From the NCBI GenBank assembly GCA_963783385.1, contig CAWANJ010000002.1, forward strand, positions 256,001 through 320,000: a stretch of DNA of 64,000 nucleotides, written 5' to 3'. Both the position numbers and the translations under genes were made by a program. The DNA is from an uncultured Gemmatimonadales bacterium (GTDB lineage Bacteria > Gemmatimonadota > Gemmatimonadetes > Palauibacterales > Palauibacteraceae). This document shows positions 48,569 to 58,142 of this stretch, one piece after another; the first letter of the stretch is position 1, and every line of letters begins with the position of its first letter. The notes under the pieces were generated by a model. That model was not told where the DNA came from. It saw nothing but the letters and a program-made list of their open reading frames with translations, and did not search any database.

Positions 48569-50143
48569 CTAGCGACCCGGCGGCAGCGCCGGGAAGCCCG
48601 GCGGCGGCCGCCGGTGGTCGGTAGCCTGCTCGTACGCGTAGGCCAGCCTCAAGATCGTCCCTTCATCCCACGGCCGGGCCAGGATCTGGAGACCGGCCGG
48701 GTACTTGCCGTAGGAGAACCCCATCGGCACGGTCCCCGCCGGCATCCCCGTGGGCGGGGCGATGAGCTGGCTGTTGTCGCCGCGGTACTCGGCGGCGGCG
48801 CGGTCCAGGTGGGCGGGGGGATAGGTCCAGGTCGGATACACGATCGCCTCGACCCGGGCGCTGTCCATGGCCGCCACCACGTCCCGCAGGAAGCTCTGTC
48901 GGCCCGGGTTGTCCGCGTAGTCGGGGCAGGGCGGCTCCCACTTCGAGGGCGGCACGTCGGCGGGGTACTTGGCGAAGTACTCGAGGTCCTGCTCCACGTA
49001 GGACGAATACTGACCCGTCTTCAGCACCTCCATCACGTCGTGTATGGGAGCCTCGGGCCCGAGGGAGGCCAGGTACTCGTGCATGTCGTACCGGAACCGG
49101 GGGCAGAAGTCGTCGTCCTTCAGGTGCTCCTCGAGGTGGGGGATCACGATCGAGTCGACGATCACTGCGCCGCCGGCGCGCAGGTCCGCTACGGCCTGGT
49201 CGAACAGCCGCAGGACCGACGTGTCGCTCTTCGCGGGGTCGGCCAGGGCGCGCAGCACCCCAATGCGGGCGCCCCGCAGTCCGTCCCGCTCGAGGAACTT
49301 CGTGTAGTCCGTCGCCACGTGGCCCCGCGAGGCCGTCGTGTACGGATCGTCCGGGTCGGGGCCCGCGATCACGCTCAGGACGCGGGCCGCGTCGGCGACC
49401 GTTCTCGCCATCGGCCCCGCCACGTCCCGGTCGAAGGCCAGGGGGATGACGCCGGCCCGGCTCACCAGTCCGATCGTGGAGCGGATGCCGAACAGGTCCA
49501 GGTGCGAGGAGGGCCCGCGGATCGAATTTCCGGTGTCCGTTCCCAGGCCCACCAGCCCGAAGCTGGCCGCAACGCCCGAGGCCGTGCCTCCGCTCGAGCC
49601 GGCCGGCACCCGGTCCAGCGCGTAGGCGTTGGCGGTGGTGTCGAAGGACGAGCTCACGGTCTGCTTCGCGCTGAACGCCCACTCGGCCATGTTCGTCTTG
49701 GCCACGACCACCGCGCCGGCCTGGCGGATGCGGCGAACGACGGTGGCATCGGTGGGCGGGATGTTGTGCAGGAGGGCGATCGAGCCGCCCGTCGTCGGGA
49801 GGTCGTGGGTGTCGTAGTTGTCCTTGACCAGCATCGGCACGCAGAACAGCGCTCCGAGGGAGTCCCCTCGCGCCAGCCGGGCGTCCAGGGAATCGGCCCG
49901 CTGGAGGGCTCGCGGGTTGATCACCGTGATCGCGTGGAGCCCCGTGGAGTCGTCGTAGGCCCGGATGCGGCCCAGGTACGCCTCGACCACCATCCGGCAG
50001 GTCGTCCGTCCCGAGCGGAGCGCGGCCTCGACCGTGGGAATCGTCGCCTCGACCACGTCGATCGGAGCGGGGGCCGGTTTCCGCGAGCACGACAGGACCA
50101 GGGGGACCAGGATCAGGGCGGCGAGCGGGCGGCAATGTCGCAC
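48569..50143 (-). CDS. Amidase-signature family lipoprotein
   Basis: Lipobox LVLSC. Motifs LVKDNYDT, KTNMAEWA, GSSGG and GTDTGNSIRGPS. Confidence 0.88.
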   Translation of the reverse strand: MRHCRPLAALILVPLVLSCSRKPAPAPIDVVEATIPTVEAALRSGRTTCRMVVEAYLGRIRAYDDSTGLHAITVINPRALQRADSLDARLARGDSLGALFCVPMLVKDNYDTHDLPTTGGSIALLHNIPPTDATVVRRIRQAGAVVVAKTNMAEWAFSAKQTVSSSFDTTANAYALDRVPAGSSGGTASGVAASFGLVGLGTDTGNSIRGPSSHLDLFGIRSTIGLVSRAGVIPLAFDRDVAGPMARTVADAARVLSVIAGPDPDDPYTTASRGHVATDYTKFLERDGLRGARIGVLRALADPAKSDTSVLRLFDQAVADLRAGGAVIVDSIVIPHLEEHLKDDDFCPRFRYDMHEYLASLGPEAPIHDVMEVLKTGQYSSYVEQDLEYFAKYPADVPPSKWEPPCPDYADNPGRQSFLRDVVAAMDSARVEAIVYPTWTYPPAHLDRAAAEYRGDNSQLIAPPTGMPAGTVPMGFSYGKYPAGLQILARPWDEGTILRLAYAYEQATDHRRPPPGFPALPPGR

Positions 50144-50286
50144 GAGCGGCTCCTCCGAGGCGGTGATCGCGTGCGGCCACGCGGGCCGCGTCCCGGGAAG
50201 CTAGGGCGACGCGACGCCGGCGGGAAGCAACGGGGCCACGCCCGGGGCGGAGGCTTCGAGGCCCGCGGACGGGGCCGAGGGGAGGG

Positions 50287-51825
50287 CTAGCGGTAGAAGC
50301 GGACCACGCCGGCGCGCCAGTCCACCTCCACCGTATCCACCTGCCCGAGGAACGACTGGCCGAGCAGGATGGAGCGCGCCGGCAGGCCGATGCGCTCGAG
50401 CACGGGCAGCACGGCCACGGCCGCGGGAATCGCTTCGAAGCGGGTACCACCCAGGTCCAGGGCCTGGAGGGTGTCGGGCCAGGCCGGGATCGCGGCGCCG
50501 TCCAGGCCCGAGAGCATGGTGGGCTGGCCCGTCACGGGGAACATCCCCAGGTCGCTGGCCAGGTCGGGAGTGACCAGGGTCGTGGGCGAGCCCGTGTCGA
50601 GCACGAGCGGAACCGTGTGGCCTCCGACGACACCCGGGATGACGATGAGGCCGGCCACCTCCACGAAGGGAACCTCGGCGCGAGCCCGGGATCGCGAATG
50701 CCGGGCCTCCTCCTCGGAGAGGAGCTCGAGCGATCCGTCACGGGTGGCCGTGGGCATGTGGATCCGCACGACGTCGGCACGTCCGAGCAGGTCCGTGCCG
50801 ACGACGCCGGCGAAGCTGTGACGCTCGAGGGTCGGGAGATCGTCGAGCACGTCCACGGCGGCGTCGCGGAAGTCGACGCCGCCGACCCTGAGCCCGGCCA
50901 CCCGGATGGCGTTCACCCGGGCCAGTTCGCCGCCCAGGGCCCGGGTGCCGCGGTCCCGGCGGAAGTGCGGGAGGCGCAGCGCGGCCGGCGTCATGCGGGC
51001 CCCGCTCGCCATGGCCAGGATCAGGATCGACAACGTGGTGCGGTTGGCACCCAGGTCCAGGATCGCCTCGCCCGTTCCGCCGCCGGGCACCGACAGTGTG
51101 CCGGTGAGGTAGGGGCCCACGCCATGGATCGGCATCGTGCCCGTGACGACGCCCGGACCTCGCGTGCGTGCGTCGCTGGCGACCACGATGCGGTCCGGAC
51201 CCAACGCGGCGGCCGCCCTCCCGGGGAGCGCCGACGGGACGAGCGGATCCCGAGCCAGCGTCCGGCCCTCCCGGAGCAGGTAGCCACGGAGGACTCCGTC
51301 TCCCAGCACGGTGATCCGGACCTGGCTGCGCCGGAGATCCGCGAGCGACACGCGAGGTGTACGGGTCGCGCCCCCGAGCCCATCGCGGTAGGTGATCGAC
51401 ACCCAGCCATCGCCGCAGTGGACCGTGGCGGCAGCTCCGGGGCCGGGGTGGGCGCGGAAGGCGCGACGCTGCACGCCGTCCACCGGAGGAAGCAGGATGG
51501 CGACGATACCGCTCGGGTCCCCGAGAGGGAAAGCCTCGATCGAGCCGGCGGCCAGCCCGTCCACCTCGAGCCGCAGCCCGGCCCCGTCGCGGCGCAGGAG
51601 GAAGAGGGGGCAGGTCGACGGCCCGGGCCGGGCGGCCGGTCCCTGCCGAGGGGAGGAGCCGGGCACCGCGGCCCGGAGGCGACTCCCGTCTCGGGAGCCC
51701 GACCACAGGAGCGCCGCGACCAGCGCCGCAGCCACGAAGCGGACGCGCCCGAGTGCGCCGAAGCGCCACGCCCGGGCGGCGGCGCCATCGATGGCGGCAC
51801 GCGATGTCGTCTTGCGCTCGTCCAT
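50287..51825 (-). CDS. Exported protein with two retropepsin-like aspartyl protease domains
   Basis: AILDLGA...GVVGTDLL and VLDTGS...LLGQSFL.....VDW. N-terminal hydrophobic segment. Confidence 0.75.
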   Translation of the reverse strand: MDERKTTSRAAIDGAAARAWRFGALGRVRFVAAALVAALLWSGSRDGSRLRAAVPGSSPRQGPAARPGPSTCPLFLLRRDGAGLRLEVDGLAAGSIEAFPLGDPSGIVAILLPPVDGVQRRAFRAHPGPGAAATVHCGDGWVSITYRDGLGGATRTPRVSLADLRRSQVRITVLGDGVLRGYLLREGRTLARDPLVPSALPGRAAAALGPDRIVVASDARTRGPGVVTGTMPIHGVGPYLTGTLSVPGGGTGEAILDLGANRTTLSILILAMASGARMTPAALRLPHFRRDRGTRALGGELARVNAIRVAGLRVGGVDFRDAAVDVLDDLPTLERHSFAGVVGTDLLGRADVVRIHMPTATRDGSLELLSEEEARHSRSRARAEVPFVEVAGLIVIPGVVGGHTVPLVLDTGSPTTLVTPDLASDLGMFPVTGQPTMLSGLDGAAIPAWPDTLQALDLGGTRFEAIPAAVAVLPVLERIGLPARSILLGQSFLGQVDTVEVDWRAGVVRFYR

Positions 51826-51957
51826 GACCACTCCTCCCCCAACATACAGGACGGGGCCTCCCAATGCTTCGCGGGCTCGCTGCGGCGGATCGGTCGAACC
51901 GCGGGGCGGCTTGCGACTCGGTGCGACGAGCGGCGTGGCCGATCGGCGACGCCGCGG

Positions 51958-52476
51958 TTGACCGTCGCGCGGCCGGCGGCGTACGAGGGATGCGCGCTGC
52001 GAACGCCGCCGTGGCCCCTCCTCGTGACCGAGGCTCCGGCCGACCGCGACGGACTGGTCGCGTGGCTTGAAGAGTCCGCTGGCGAGGCCGACATCATGCT
52101 CCCCGACGCCGCGGCCACCGCCGACCGTCTGCTGGAGGAGGGCGCCGCCGTCCTCTGGGAGCATGCCGGCCGTCCGCGGTCCATGGCCGCCATCGGGGGC
52201 GAGTCTCCGCACACCGCCCGCATCGGCTACGTGTACACGCCCCCCGCCGAGCGGGGGAGGGGCTACGCCACGGCCTGCGTGGCCGCGCTCACCGAGCGGC
52301 TTCTGACGCGGGGCGTCGAGGCCGTGGTGCTGTTCACCGACCTCACCAACCCCACGCCGAACGCCCTGTACGCCCGTCTGGGCTATCGACCCGTGCAGGA
52401 CTCGACAATTAGATATAGATGGACTGTGACTACGAGGTGCGCGCCGACGATTTGGAAAGCGATGCGGGATGTGTGA
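51958..52476 (+). CDS. GNAT (FR47-like) acetyltransferase, apparently shortened or partial
   Basis: RIGYVYTPPAERGRGYA and LFTDLTNPTPNALYARLGY. No clear start or SD. Confidence 0.6.
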   Translation: MTVARPAAYEGCALRTPPWPLLVTEAPADRDGLVAWLEESAGEADIMLPDAAATADRLLEEGAAVLWEHAGRPRSMAAIGGESPHTARIGYVYTPPAERGRGYATACVAALTERLLTRGVEAVVLFTDLTNPTPNALYARLGYRPVQDSTIRYRWTVTTRCAPTIWKAMRDV

Positions 52477-52506
52477 TCGGGCGGAGGGGCCGCCCGTAGA
52501 CCGGCG

Positions 52507-52535
52507 ACGGGGCCGGCCCGGAGACGGCCCCGTTT
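52507..52535. terminator. Hairpin between convergent genes
   Basis: 9-bp stem ACGGGGCCG / CGGCCCCGT followed by TT. Confidence 0.45.
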
Positions 52536-52548
52536 CCGCCGGTCGCGT

Positions 52549-52698
52549 CTATACGGCGCGCCGCCCCGAAAGCAGATTCCAGATGATAACGATGACGGCG
52601 ATGACGAGAAGTATGTGGATGAGTCCGCCGCCCACGTGGAAGGCGAAGAAGCCGAGTAACCACAGGATGAACAGGATGACGGCGATGGTCCAGAGCAT
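52549..52698 (-). CDS. lmo0937-family (DUF5670) 49-aa membrane protein
   Basis: MLWTIAVILFILWLLGFFAFHVGGGLIHILLVIAVIVIIWNLLSGRRAV with SD GGAGGA. Missed by the ORF track. Confidence 0.85.
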   Translation of the reverse strand: MLWTIAVILFILWLLGFFAFHVGGGLIHILLVIAVIVIIWNLLSGRRAV

Positions 52699-52824
52699 GG
52701 TCGATCCTCCGCGCGGGAGACGAGCGAACCGCTATGGTTCACTTGCAGCGCAAGTAACGGGCCCGGGCCGACGCGGGCGACCGCCCGGCGAGGTGCCGCG
52801 GCGCGGATGGGGGAGGGGGAGCGT

Positions 52825-55041
52825 CTAGAGACGCAGCCGCGTCAGGCGCAGCGAGTTGCCGGTCACGGCGAGGGCGGCGCCCATGTCCCCCACGATGACC
52901 GCCAGGGCGAGGCCCACCAGTCCGAGAGGAACGCCGGCGGCCAGGAGGCCCTTGAGCACGATCGACGCGGAGATGTTCTCGCGGATCACGCCGCGCGCCC
53001 GGTGGGAGAGGCGGATCGCGTAGGCCAGGCGGGAGAGGTCATCCCCCATGAGCGCGACGTCGGCCGTCTCCAGGGCGACGTCGCTCCCGGCCACGCCCAT
53101 GGCCACGCCGACGCGGGCGGCGGCCAGCGCCGGTCCGTCGTTCACCCCGTCCCCCACCATGGCCACCGGGCCGTAGCGTTCTTCCAGCCGGCGCACCATG
53201 TCGACCTTCTGCTCGGGAAGCAGGTCCGCGTGGACCTCATCGATCCCGACTTCCGCGGCGATGGCCTCCGCGGTGGGCCGGTTGTCACCGGTGAGCATGA
53301 CGACGTGCTCGATCCCGGCTTCGCGCAGGCTCCGGATGGCGGCGGCCGCCTCGGCGCGCGGGCGGTCCGCCACGGCCAGGAGGCCGAGCGGGCGGCCGGG
53401 CTTCCCCAGCAGGACCACCGTCTTGCCTGCCTCCTGGAGCCGCTCGAGGCGGGTCCCGTCCACGGACGCGCCTTCGAACAGGTCGGCCCGGCCGATGAGG
53501 TAGGGCTCGCCGTCCAGGTGCGCGCTCACGCCCAGGCCCCTCTTTCCCTCGAACGACGTGACGGCCCGGCCGTCGGGCTGCACCCCCCGGTCGCGGGCGC
53601 CGCGCAGGATGGCGCCGGCCACGGGGTGCTCCGAGCGCGCCTCGAGGGCCGCCGCCACCGCCAGGACCTCGTCCTCGCCGAGGTCGCCCAGCGCCACGAC
53701 GTCCGTGAGCTCCGGGTGTCCATGGGTCAGGGTCCCTGTCTTGTCCAGCGCCATGGCCCGCACCTGGCCGAGGGCCTCCAGGTGGGTCCCGCCCTTGATG
53801 AGGACGCCCCGGCGGGCTGCGGCCGTGATTCCGCTCACCACGGCGACGGGCGTGGAGATGACCAGCGCGCAGGGGCAGGCGATCACCAGCAGGGTGAGCC
53901 CGCGCAGGATCCAGGTCGTGACCTCGGCCCCGAAGGCCAGCGGCGGCACGGCCGCCACCACCACGGCCAGCACCACGACGCCCGGCGTGTACCATCGGGA
54001 GAAGCGCTCCACGAACCGCTCGGTCGGCGCCTTCTTCTCCTCGGCCTCCTGCACCAGGTGGACGATGCGGGCCAGGGTGGTGGCCGAGGCCCGCTTTTCG
54101 GTCCGGACCCTGAGGAAGCCTCCGGTGATGATCGTGCCCGCGAACACCTCGTCCCCGACCTCCCGGTCCACCGGCATCGACTCGCCGGTGATGGGCGCCT
54201 CGTTCACGGCCGAGCTCCCCTCGATCACCCGACCGTCCACCGGAATCTTGTCGCCCGGCCGCACGACCACGACCTCGCCGACCTCGACGTCATCGGCGCG
54301 CACGGCCTGCTCGGCTCCACCACGCTCGACCATGGCCCGGTCGGGAGCCAGCTCCATGAGCGCCTCGATGGACCGGCGCGCGCGGTCCACCGAGTAGTCC
54401 TCCAGCAACTCCGCGAACGAGAACAGGAAGGCGATGGCGCCCGCCTCCAGGAACTCGCCCAGCCCGACGGCCCCGAGGATGGCCACGGTCATGAGGAAGT
54501 TCATGTCCAGGGAGAGAGTCCTCGCCGCCCTCAGCCCCTTGGGGAAGAAGTTCCAGCCTCCGACCAGTGCCGCCGCCAGGAAGGCCAGGTCACCGGCATG
54601 GAGGTCGTGGCGCGGGAAGCTCGCCAGCACCGGTCCCGGGGCGAGCCAGCCCAGGAGGAGACCGACTCCGAACAGCCCGGCGGATACGTAGGCCAGGACC
54701 GCTTCCCGGCTCGTCCAGGTCCCGGCCACGGACCGGGGCGCTGCTCCCGGCTCACCGTCTTGGACAGACTCGGCCACGTAGCCCAGCCGGCCGACTTCTG
54801 TCCGGATCCGGTCCGCGGTCAGCCTCGCGGGGTCGAACTCCACGACCAGGCGCCGGGAGACCGGGTGTCCCTCCGCGTCCGCGACCCCCTCGAGGCGGAC
54901 GAGCCGGTCGCGGATGCGGCGGGCGCAGTCGGGGCAGTCCATCCCCCCGACCCGGAGCTGGAGGACCCGGCGGCCGGCGCCGTCGGCCGGGTGGCCGTCG
55001 GCGTCCCGCGCCTCGCTCGCGGCGGACCTACTCGCGGACAT
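52825..55041 (-). CDS. Heavy-metal (Zn/Cd/Pb) P1B-type ATPase, CadA/ZntA-like
   Basis: HMA motif GMDCPDC, then TGES, ACPCALVIS, DKTGTLT, SEHP, MLTGDN and GDGVND. Confidence 0.95.
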   Translation of the reverse strand: MSASRSAASEARDADGHPADGAGRRVLQLRVGGMDCPDCARRIRDRLVRLEGVADAEGHPVSRRLVVEFDPARLTADRIRTEVGRLGYVAESVQDGEPGAAPRSVAGTWTSREAVLAYVSAGLFGVGLLLGWLAPGPVLASFPRHDLHAGDLAFLAAALVGGWNFFPKGLRAARTLSLDMNFLMTVAILGAVGLGEFLEAGAIAFLFSFAELLEDYSVDRARRSIEALMELAPDRAMVERGGAEQAVRADDVEVGEVVVVRPGDKIPVDGRVIEGSSAVNEAPITGESMPVDREVGDEVFAGTIITGGFLRVRTEKRASATTLARIVHLVQEAEEKKAPTERFVERFSRWYTPGVVVLAVVVAAVPPLAFGAEVTTWILRGLTLLVIACPCALVISTPVAVVSGITAAARRGVLIKGGTHLEALGQVRAMALDKTGTLTHGHPELTDVVALGDLGEDEVLAVAAALEARSEHPVAGAILRGARDRGVQPDGRAVTSFEGKRGLGVSAHLDGEPYLIGRADLFEGASVDGTRLERLQEAGKTVVLLGKPGRPLGLLAVADRPRAEAAAAIRSLREAGIEHVVMLTGDNRPTAEAIAAEVGIDEVHADLLPEQKVDMVRRLEERYGPVAMVGDGVNDGPALAAARVGVAMGVAGSDVALETADVALMGDDLSRLAYAIRLSHRARGVIRENISASIVLKGLLAAGVPLGLVGLALAVIVGDMGAALAVTGNSLRLTRLRL

Positions 55042-55414
55042 GCTGGAGACCGATCGCGAACAGGGAGGCGATGTGCTCGTCGTCCAGGCGGTAGTAGGCC
55101 ATGCGGCCGTCCTTCCGGTAGCGCACGATCTTCATCTGCCGGAGCTGCCGCAGGTGGTGGCTGACCGCCGACTGGCTCACGCCGACCACGGCCGCCAGGT
55201 CGCACACGCACAGCTCGCGTCTGGCGAGGGCGTCCACGATCTGGAGGCGCGTCGGGTTGGCCAGGATCTGGAAGGTGTCGGCCAGGTAGGTGAGGTGCTC
55301 CGCATCCTCCCGCTCGCTCAGCGCCTCGTGCACCGCGTCCTCGTGCACGAGGTGCACGTCGCAGAGGTCGTCGGTGTCGGATGCCGCCGGTTCGCGGCTC
55401 TTGCCGGGCTCCAT
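55028..55414 (-). CDS. ArsR/SmtB family metal-sensing repressor
   Basis: ELCVCDL, SQSAVSHHLRQLR and an alpha5-type DDEH...QHVRE site. SD GGAGG. Overlaps the ATPase start. Confidence 0.93.
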   Translation of the reverse strand: MEPGKSREPAASDTDDLCDVHLVHEDAVHEALSEREDAEHLTYLADTFQILANPTRLQIVDALARRELCVCDLAAVVGVSQSAVSHHLRQLRQMKIVRYRKDGRMAYYRLDDEHIASLFAIGLQHVRE

Positions 55415-55457
55415 CGGTGTCCTCCGCTTCTCCGCCCGAGCTCCCGACTCGGGCATA

Positions 55458-55513
55458 CGTATGAAGAGGTGTTCAGATGACACGATGATAGCGCTCCGTG
55501 CCCGCCGGTACAA
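55458..55513 (-). promoter_or_regulatory. Promoter (TTGTAC-17-TATCAT) and SmtB-type operator CATCTGAACA-CC-TCTTCATACG
   Basis: On the minus strand, -35 is at 55508-55513 and -10 at 55485-55490. An imperfect inverted repeat at 55458-55479 has the TGAA-N6-TTCA core typical of SmtB/CzrA operators. Confidence 0.7.
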
Positions 55514-55574
55514 GCGACCCGGCCCGCGACGTGCCGCGCTTGGCGGCACCGGCGGGGCCACCTAGCTTGGGGCC

Positions 55575-56645
55575 ATGCGTCACCCGGCGTCGTCCGCCGC
55601 CCTGCTCCTCCTCGGTCTGACCGCCTGCGGCGGGGGAGGCTCCGCCGTGGGTCCCACGCCCTCGGCCGCGCCCCGCACCTACGAGATGGGCTGGTCCGCC
55701 GTCCCGCCCCGGCCCAGCGAGGCGTCGTTCTTCGCCGCCACGCAGGCCGCGGCGGAGGTCTCCGACGTGGCCATCCTGCAGCAGCCCGTGCCCTGGGCCC
55801 AGCTGCTGGCCGGAGCCCCGATGGACTCGCTCGTCGAGGACCGGGGGGGCGTGGCGGACTACCTGCGCGCGCTGGGCGAGAAGATCGTCTTCCTGGTCGA
55901 CCCGCTGGACGGGCTCGACCGCACGAAGGAGACGCCGGAGCTGGTGGCCGCCGGCCGCAGCATCCTGGAGCCCGACATCCGGGCCACGCACGAGGCCTGG
56001 GTCCGGGCCATCGCCTCGCGGATCCAGCCCGAGTGGATGGGTCTGGCCTCGGAGATCAACACGCTGGCCGTCCACGGGGACTCGACGCTCTACCGCACGC
56101 TGGTCGGGATGATCGACAGCCTGGCGCCCGAAGTCCGCTCCCTGAGCCCGGGCACGAAGGTGTTCGTGTCCTTCCAGGTCGAGGACGCGTGGGGGTACTT
56201 CGGCGGGCCGGGCATCGACTCGTTCCAGCTCATCGGCGACTTCGACATCGACGCGCTGGGGCTGTCGTCTTACCCGGTGTTCGTGTTCCCGACACCGGCC
56301 GACATCCCGGACGACTACCTGCAGCGCTTCCGGGACGCCACCAGCCTGCCCCTCATCATGGTCGAGGGAGGGTGGAGCTCCGAGAACAGCGCTGTCTTCC
56401 AGTCCACTCCGCAGGAGCAGGTCGACTTCTTCCGGCGCTACGAGACGCTGCTCGACGGGGTCGACGCGCGCCTGTGGGTCATGCTCGTGTTCGCCGACCT
56501 CGACATCCCTTCCCTGGGCCTACCCCCGGACCGCGCCGCCGGCCTCGCTCCGTTCGCCCACATGGGGATCCTGGACTCGGACCTCAACCCGAAGCCGTCG
56601 TACGGCGTGTGGAAGGAGATCTTCGCGCGGCCGCTGGGGTCGTGA
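55575..56645 (+). CDS. Lipoprotein, possible clan GH-A glycoside-hydrolase-like TIM barrel
   Basis: Lipobox LTAC. SEIN, LGLSSYP and MVEGGWSS resemble acid/base and nucleophile regions. Confidence 0.55.
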   Translation: MRHPASSAALLLLGLTACGGGGSAVGPTPSAAPRTYEMGWSAVPPRPSEASFFAATQAAAEVSDVAILQQPVPWAQLLAGAPMDSLVEDRGGVADYLRALGEKIVFLVDPLDGLDRTKETPELVAAGRSILEPDIRATHEAWVRAIASRIQPEWMGLASEINTLAVHGDSTLYRTLVGMIDSLAPEVRSLSPGTKVFVSFQVEDAWGYFGGPGIDSFQLIGDFDIDALGLSSYPVFVFPTPADIPDDYLQRFRDATSLPLIMVEGGWSSENSAVFQSTPQEQVDFFRRYETLLDGVDARLWVMLVFADLDIPSLGLPPDRAAGLAPFAHMGILDSDLNPKPSYGVWKEIFARPLGS

Positions 56646-56710
56646 GGCTGCGACCCGCGTTCGCCCGTGCTCGCGTTGACCCTGCCGCGCCCCCGGTCTA
56701 GCTTCGCGCC

Positions 56711-58030
56711 ATGTCGCTCACGAGATCGACCATCGACAGACTCTCCGAGCACGCAGGCCAGGAGGTCGAGCTCCTGGCCTGGGTGCGGAACTTCCGCTCG
56801 AGCGGGAAGATCGCCTTCCTCATCGTGCGTGACGGCACCTCGCTCCCGGACGGGACGCCGGACGTGCAGGCCGTGGTTTCCCGGGGCGACGTCGACGAGG
56901 AGAGCTGGGAGGCGGCGCAGGCCGCCCACTACGAGGCCAGCGTGCGCGTGGTCGGCCAGGTGCGCGAGGACGCTCGGGCGCCCGGCGGATACGAGCTCTC
57001 GGTGCGGGAGCTCCGCGTCCTCGGCCCCTCGGCGGACTATCCCATCCAGCCCAAGGAGCACGGGCCCGAGTTCCTGCACGACCACCGGCACCTGTGGCTC
57101 CGCCATCCCCGCCAGGTCGCCATCCTCCGGATCCGGGACGAGGTCGAGAAGGCGATCCGCGACTTTTTCTACGATCGACACTTTACGCTGATCGACACGC
57201 CCATCCTCACGGGCTCGATCGGGGAGGAGGCGGGGGAGCTGTTCGAGACCGAATACTTCGACCTCGGCACCGCCTACCTGGCCCAGACCGGACAGCTCTA
57301 CGTGGAGGCCGCCGCGGCGGCGCTCGGCAACGTTTACTGCTTCGGGCCCACGTTCCGAGCCGAGAAATCCAAGACGCGCCGGCACCTGACCGAGTTCTGG
57401 ATGGTCGAGCCCGAGATGGCGTGGACGGACAGCGAGGCCAACATGGCCGTCCAGCAGGACTTCGTCGCCTTCATCGTGGGACGGGTCCTGGAGCGCGGCC
57501 GCGCCGAGCTCGACGTCCTGGAGCGCGACATCTCCAGGCTCGAGGCGGTGGCTCCGCCCTTCGACCGCATGAGCTATACGGAGACGGTCGAGTATCTCCA
57601 GGGGAAGGGGAGCGCGATCACCTGGGGAGAAGACCTGGGAGGCGAGGACCAGACCCTCCTCACCGAGGACCGTCCCAAGCCCGTGTTCGTGTATGACTTC
57701 CCGAAGGAGGCCAAGGCCTTCTACATGAAGGAGAACCCGGAGGACCCGCGCACGGTGAAGTGCGACGACCTGTACGCGCCCGAGGGGTTCGGGGAGATCA
57801 TCGGGGGGAGCCAGCGGGAGGACGACTACGACCGGCTTCTGGCCAGGATCCGAGAGGAGGGCCTCCCCGAGGACGCCTATGGCTGGTACCTGGATCTCCG
57901 CCGCTATGGCACCTTCCCGCATTCGGGCTTCGGCCTGGGCGTCGAGCGTACGGTGGCCTGGATGTGCGGCGTCTCCCACATCCGCGAGGTCATCCCCTTC
58001 CCGAGGATGATCAACCGCCTGACGCCGTAG
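56711..58030 (+). CDS. asnS: Asparagine--tRNA ligase
   Basis: Motifs RHLWLR, YLAQTGQLY, GPTFRAEKSKTRRHLTEFWM, EIIGGSQRE and PHSGFGLGVER. Confidence 0.96.
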   Translation: MSLTRSTIDRLSEHAGQEVELLAWVRNFRSSGKIAFLIVRDGTSLPDGTPDVQAVVSRGDVDEESWEAAQAAHYEASVRVVGQVREDARAPGGYELSVRELRVLGPSADYPIQPKEHGPEFLHDHRHLWLRHPRQVAILRIRDEVEKAIRDFFYDRHFTLIDTPILTGSIGEEAGELFETEYFDLGTAYLAQTGQLYVEAAAAALGNVYCFGPTFRAEKSKTRRHLTEFWMVEPEMAWTDSEANMAVQQDFVAFIVGRVLERGRAELDVLERDISRLEAVAPPFDRMSYTETVEYLQGKGSAITWGEDLGGEDQTLLTEDRPKPVFVYDFPKEAKAFYMKENPEDPRTVKCDDLYAPEGFGEIIGGSQREDDYDRLLARIREEGLPEDAYGWYLDLRRYGTFPHSGFGLGVERTVAWMCGVSHIREVIPFPRMINRLTP

Positions 58031-58048
58031 GAGAACCCGACCACGGAA

Positions 58049-58083
58049 AAGGCCGGCCGCGGGAGCGATCTCGGGCCGGCCTT
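58049..58083. terminator. Probable bidirectional terminator between convergent asnS and gltA
   Basis: Stem AAGGCCGGCC / GGCCGGCCTT with flanking A/T runs. Confidence 0.6.
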
Positions 58084-58142
58084 CTCGGTGGGGCGCCGGC
58101 GGCTGCCGCGGAGGCGAACCGCCGGCGATTCGGAGCGCGGAG

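Noticed and set aside
50287-51825. Retroelement origin for the retropepsin-like gene
   Set aside because: No reverse transcriptase, integrase or terminal repeats are present, and such proteases are common cellular bacterial genes.
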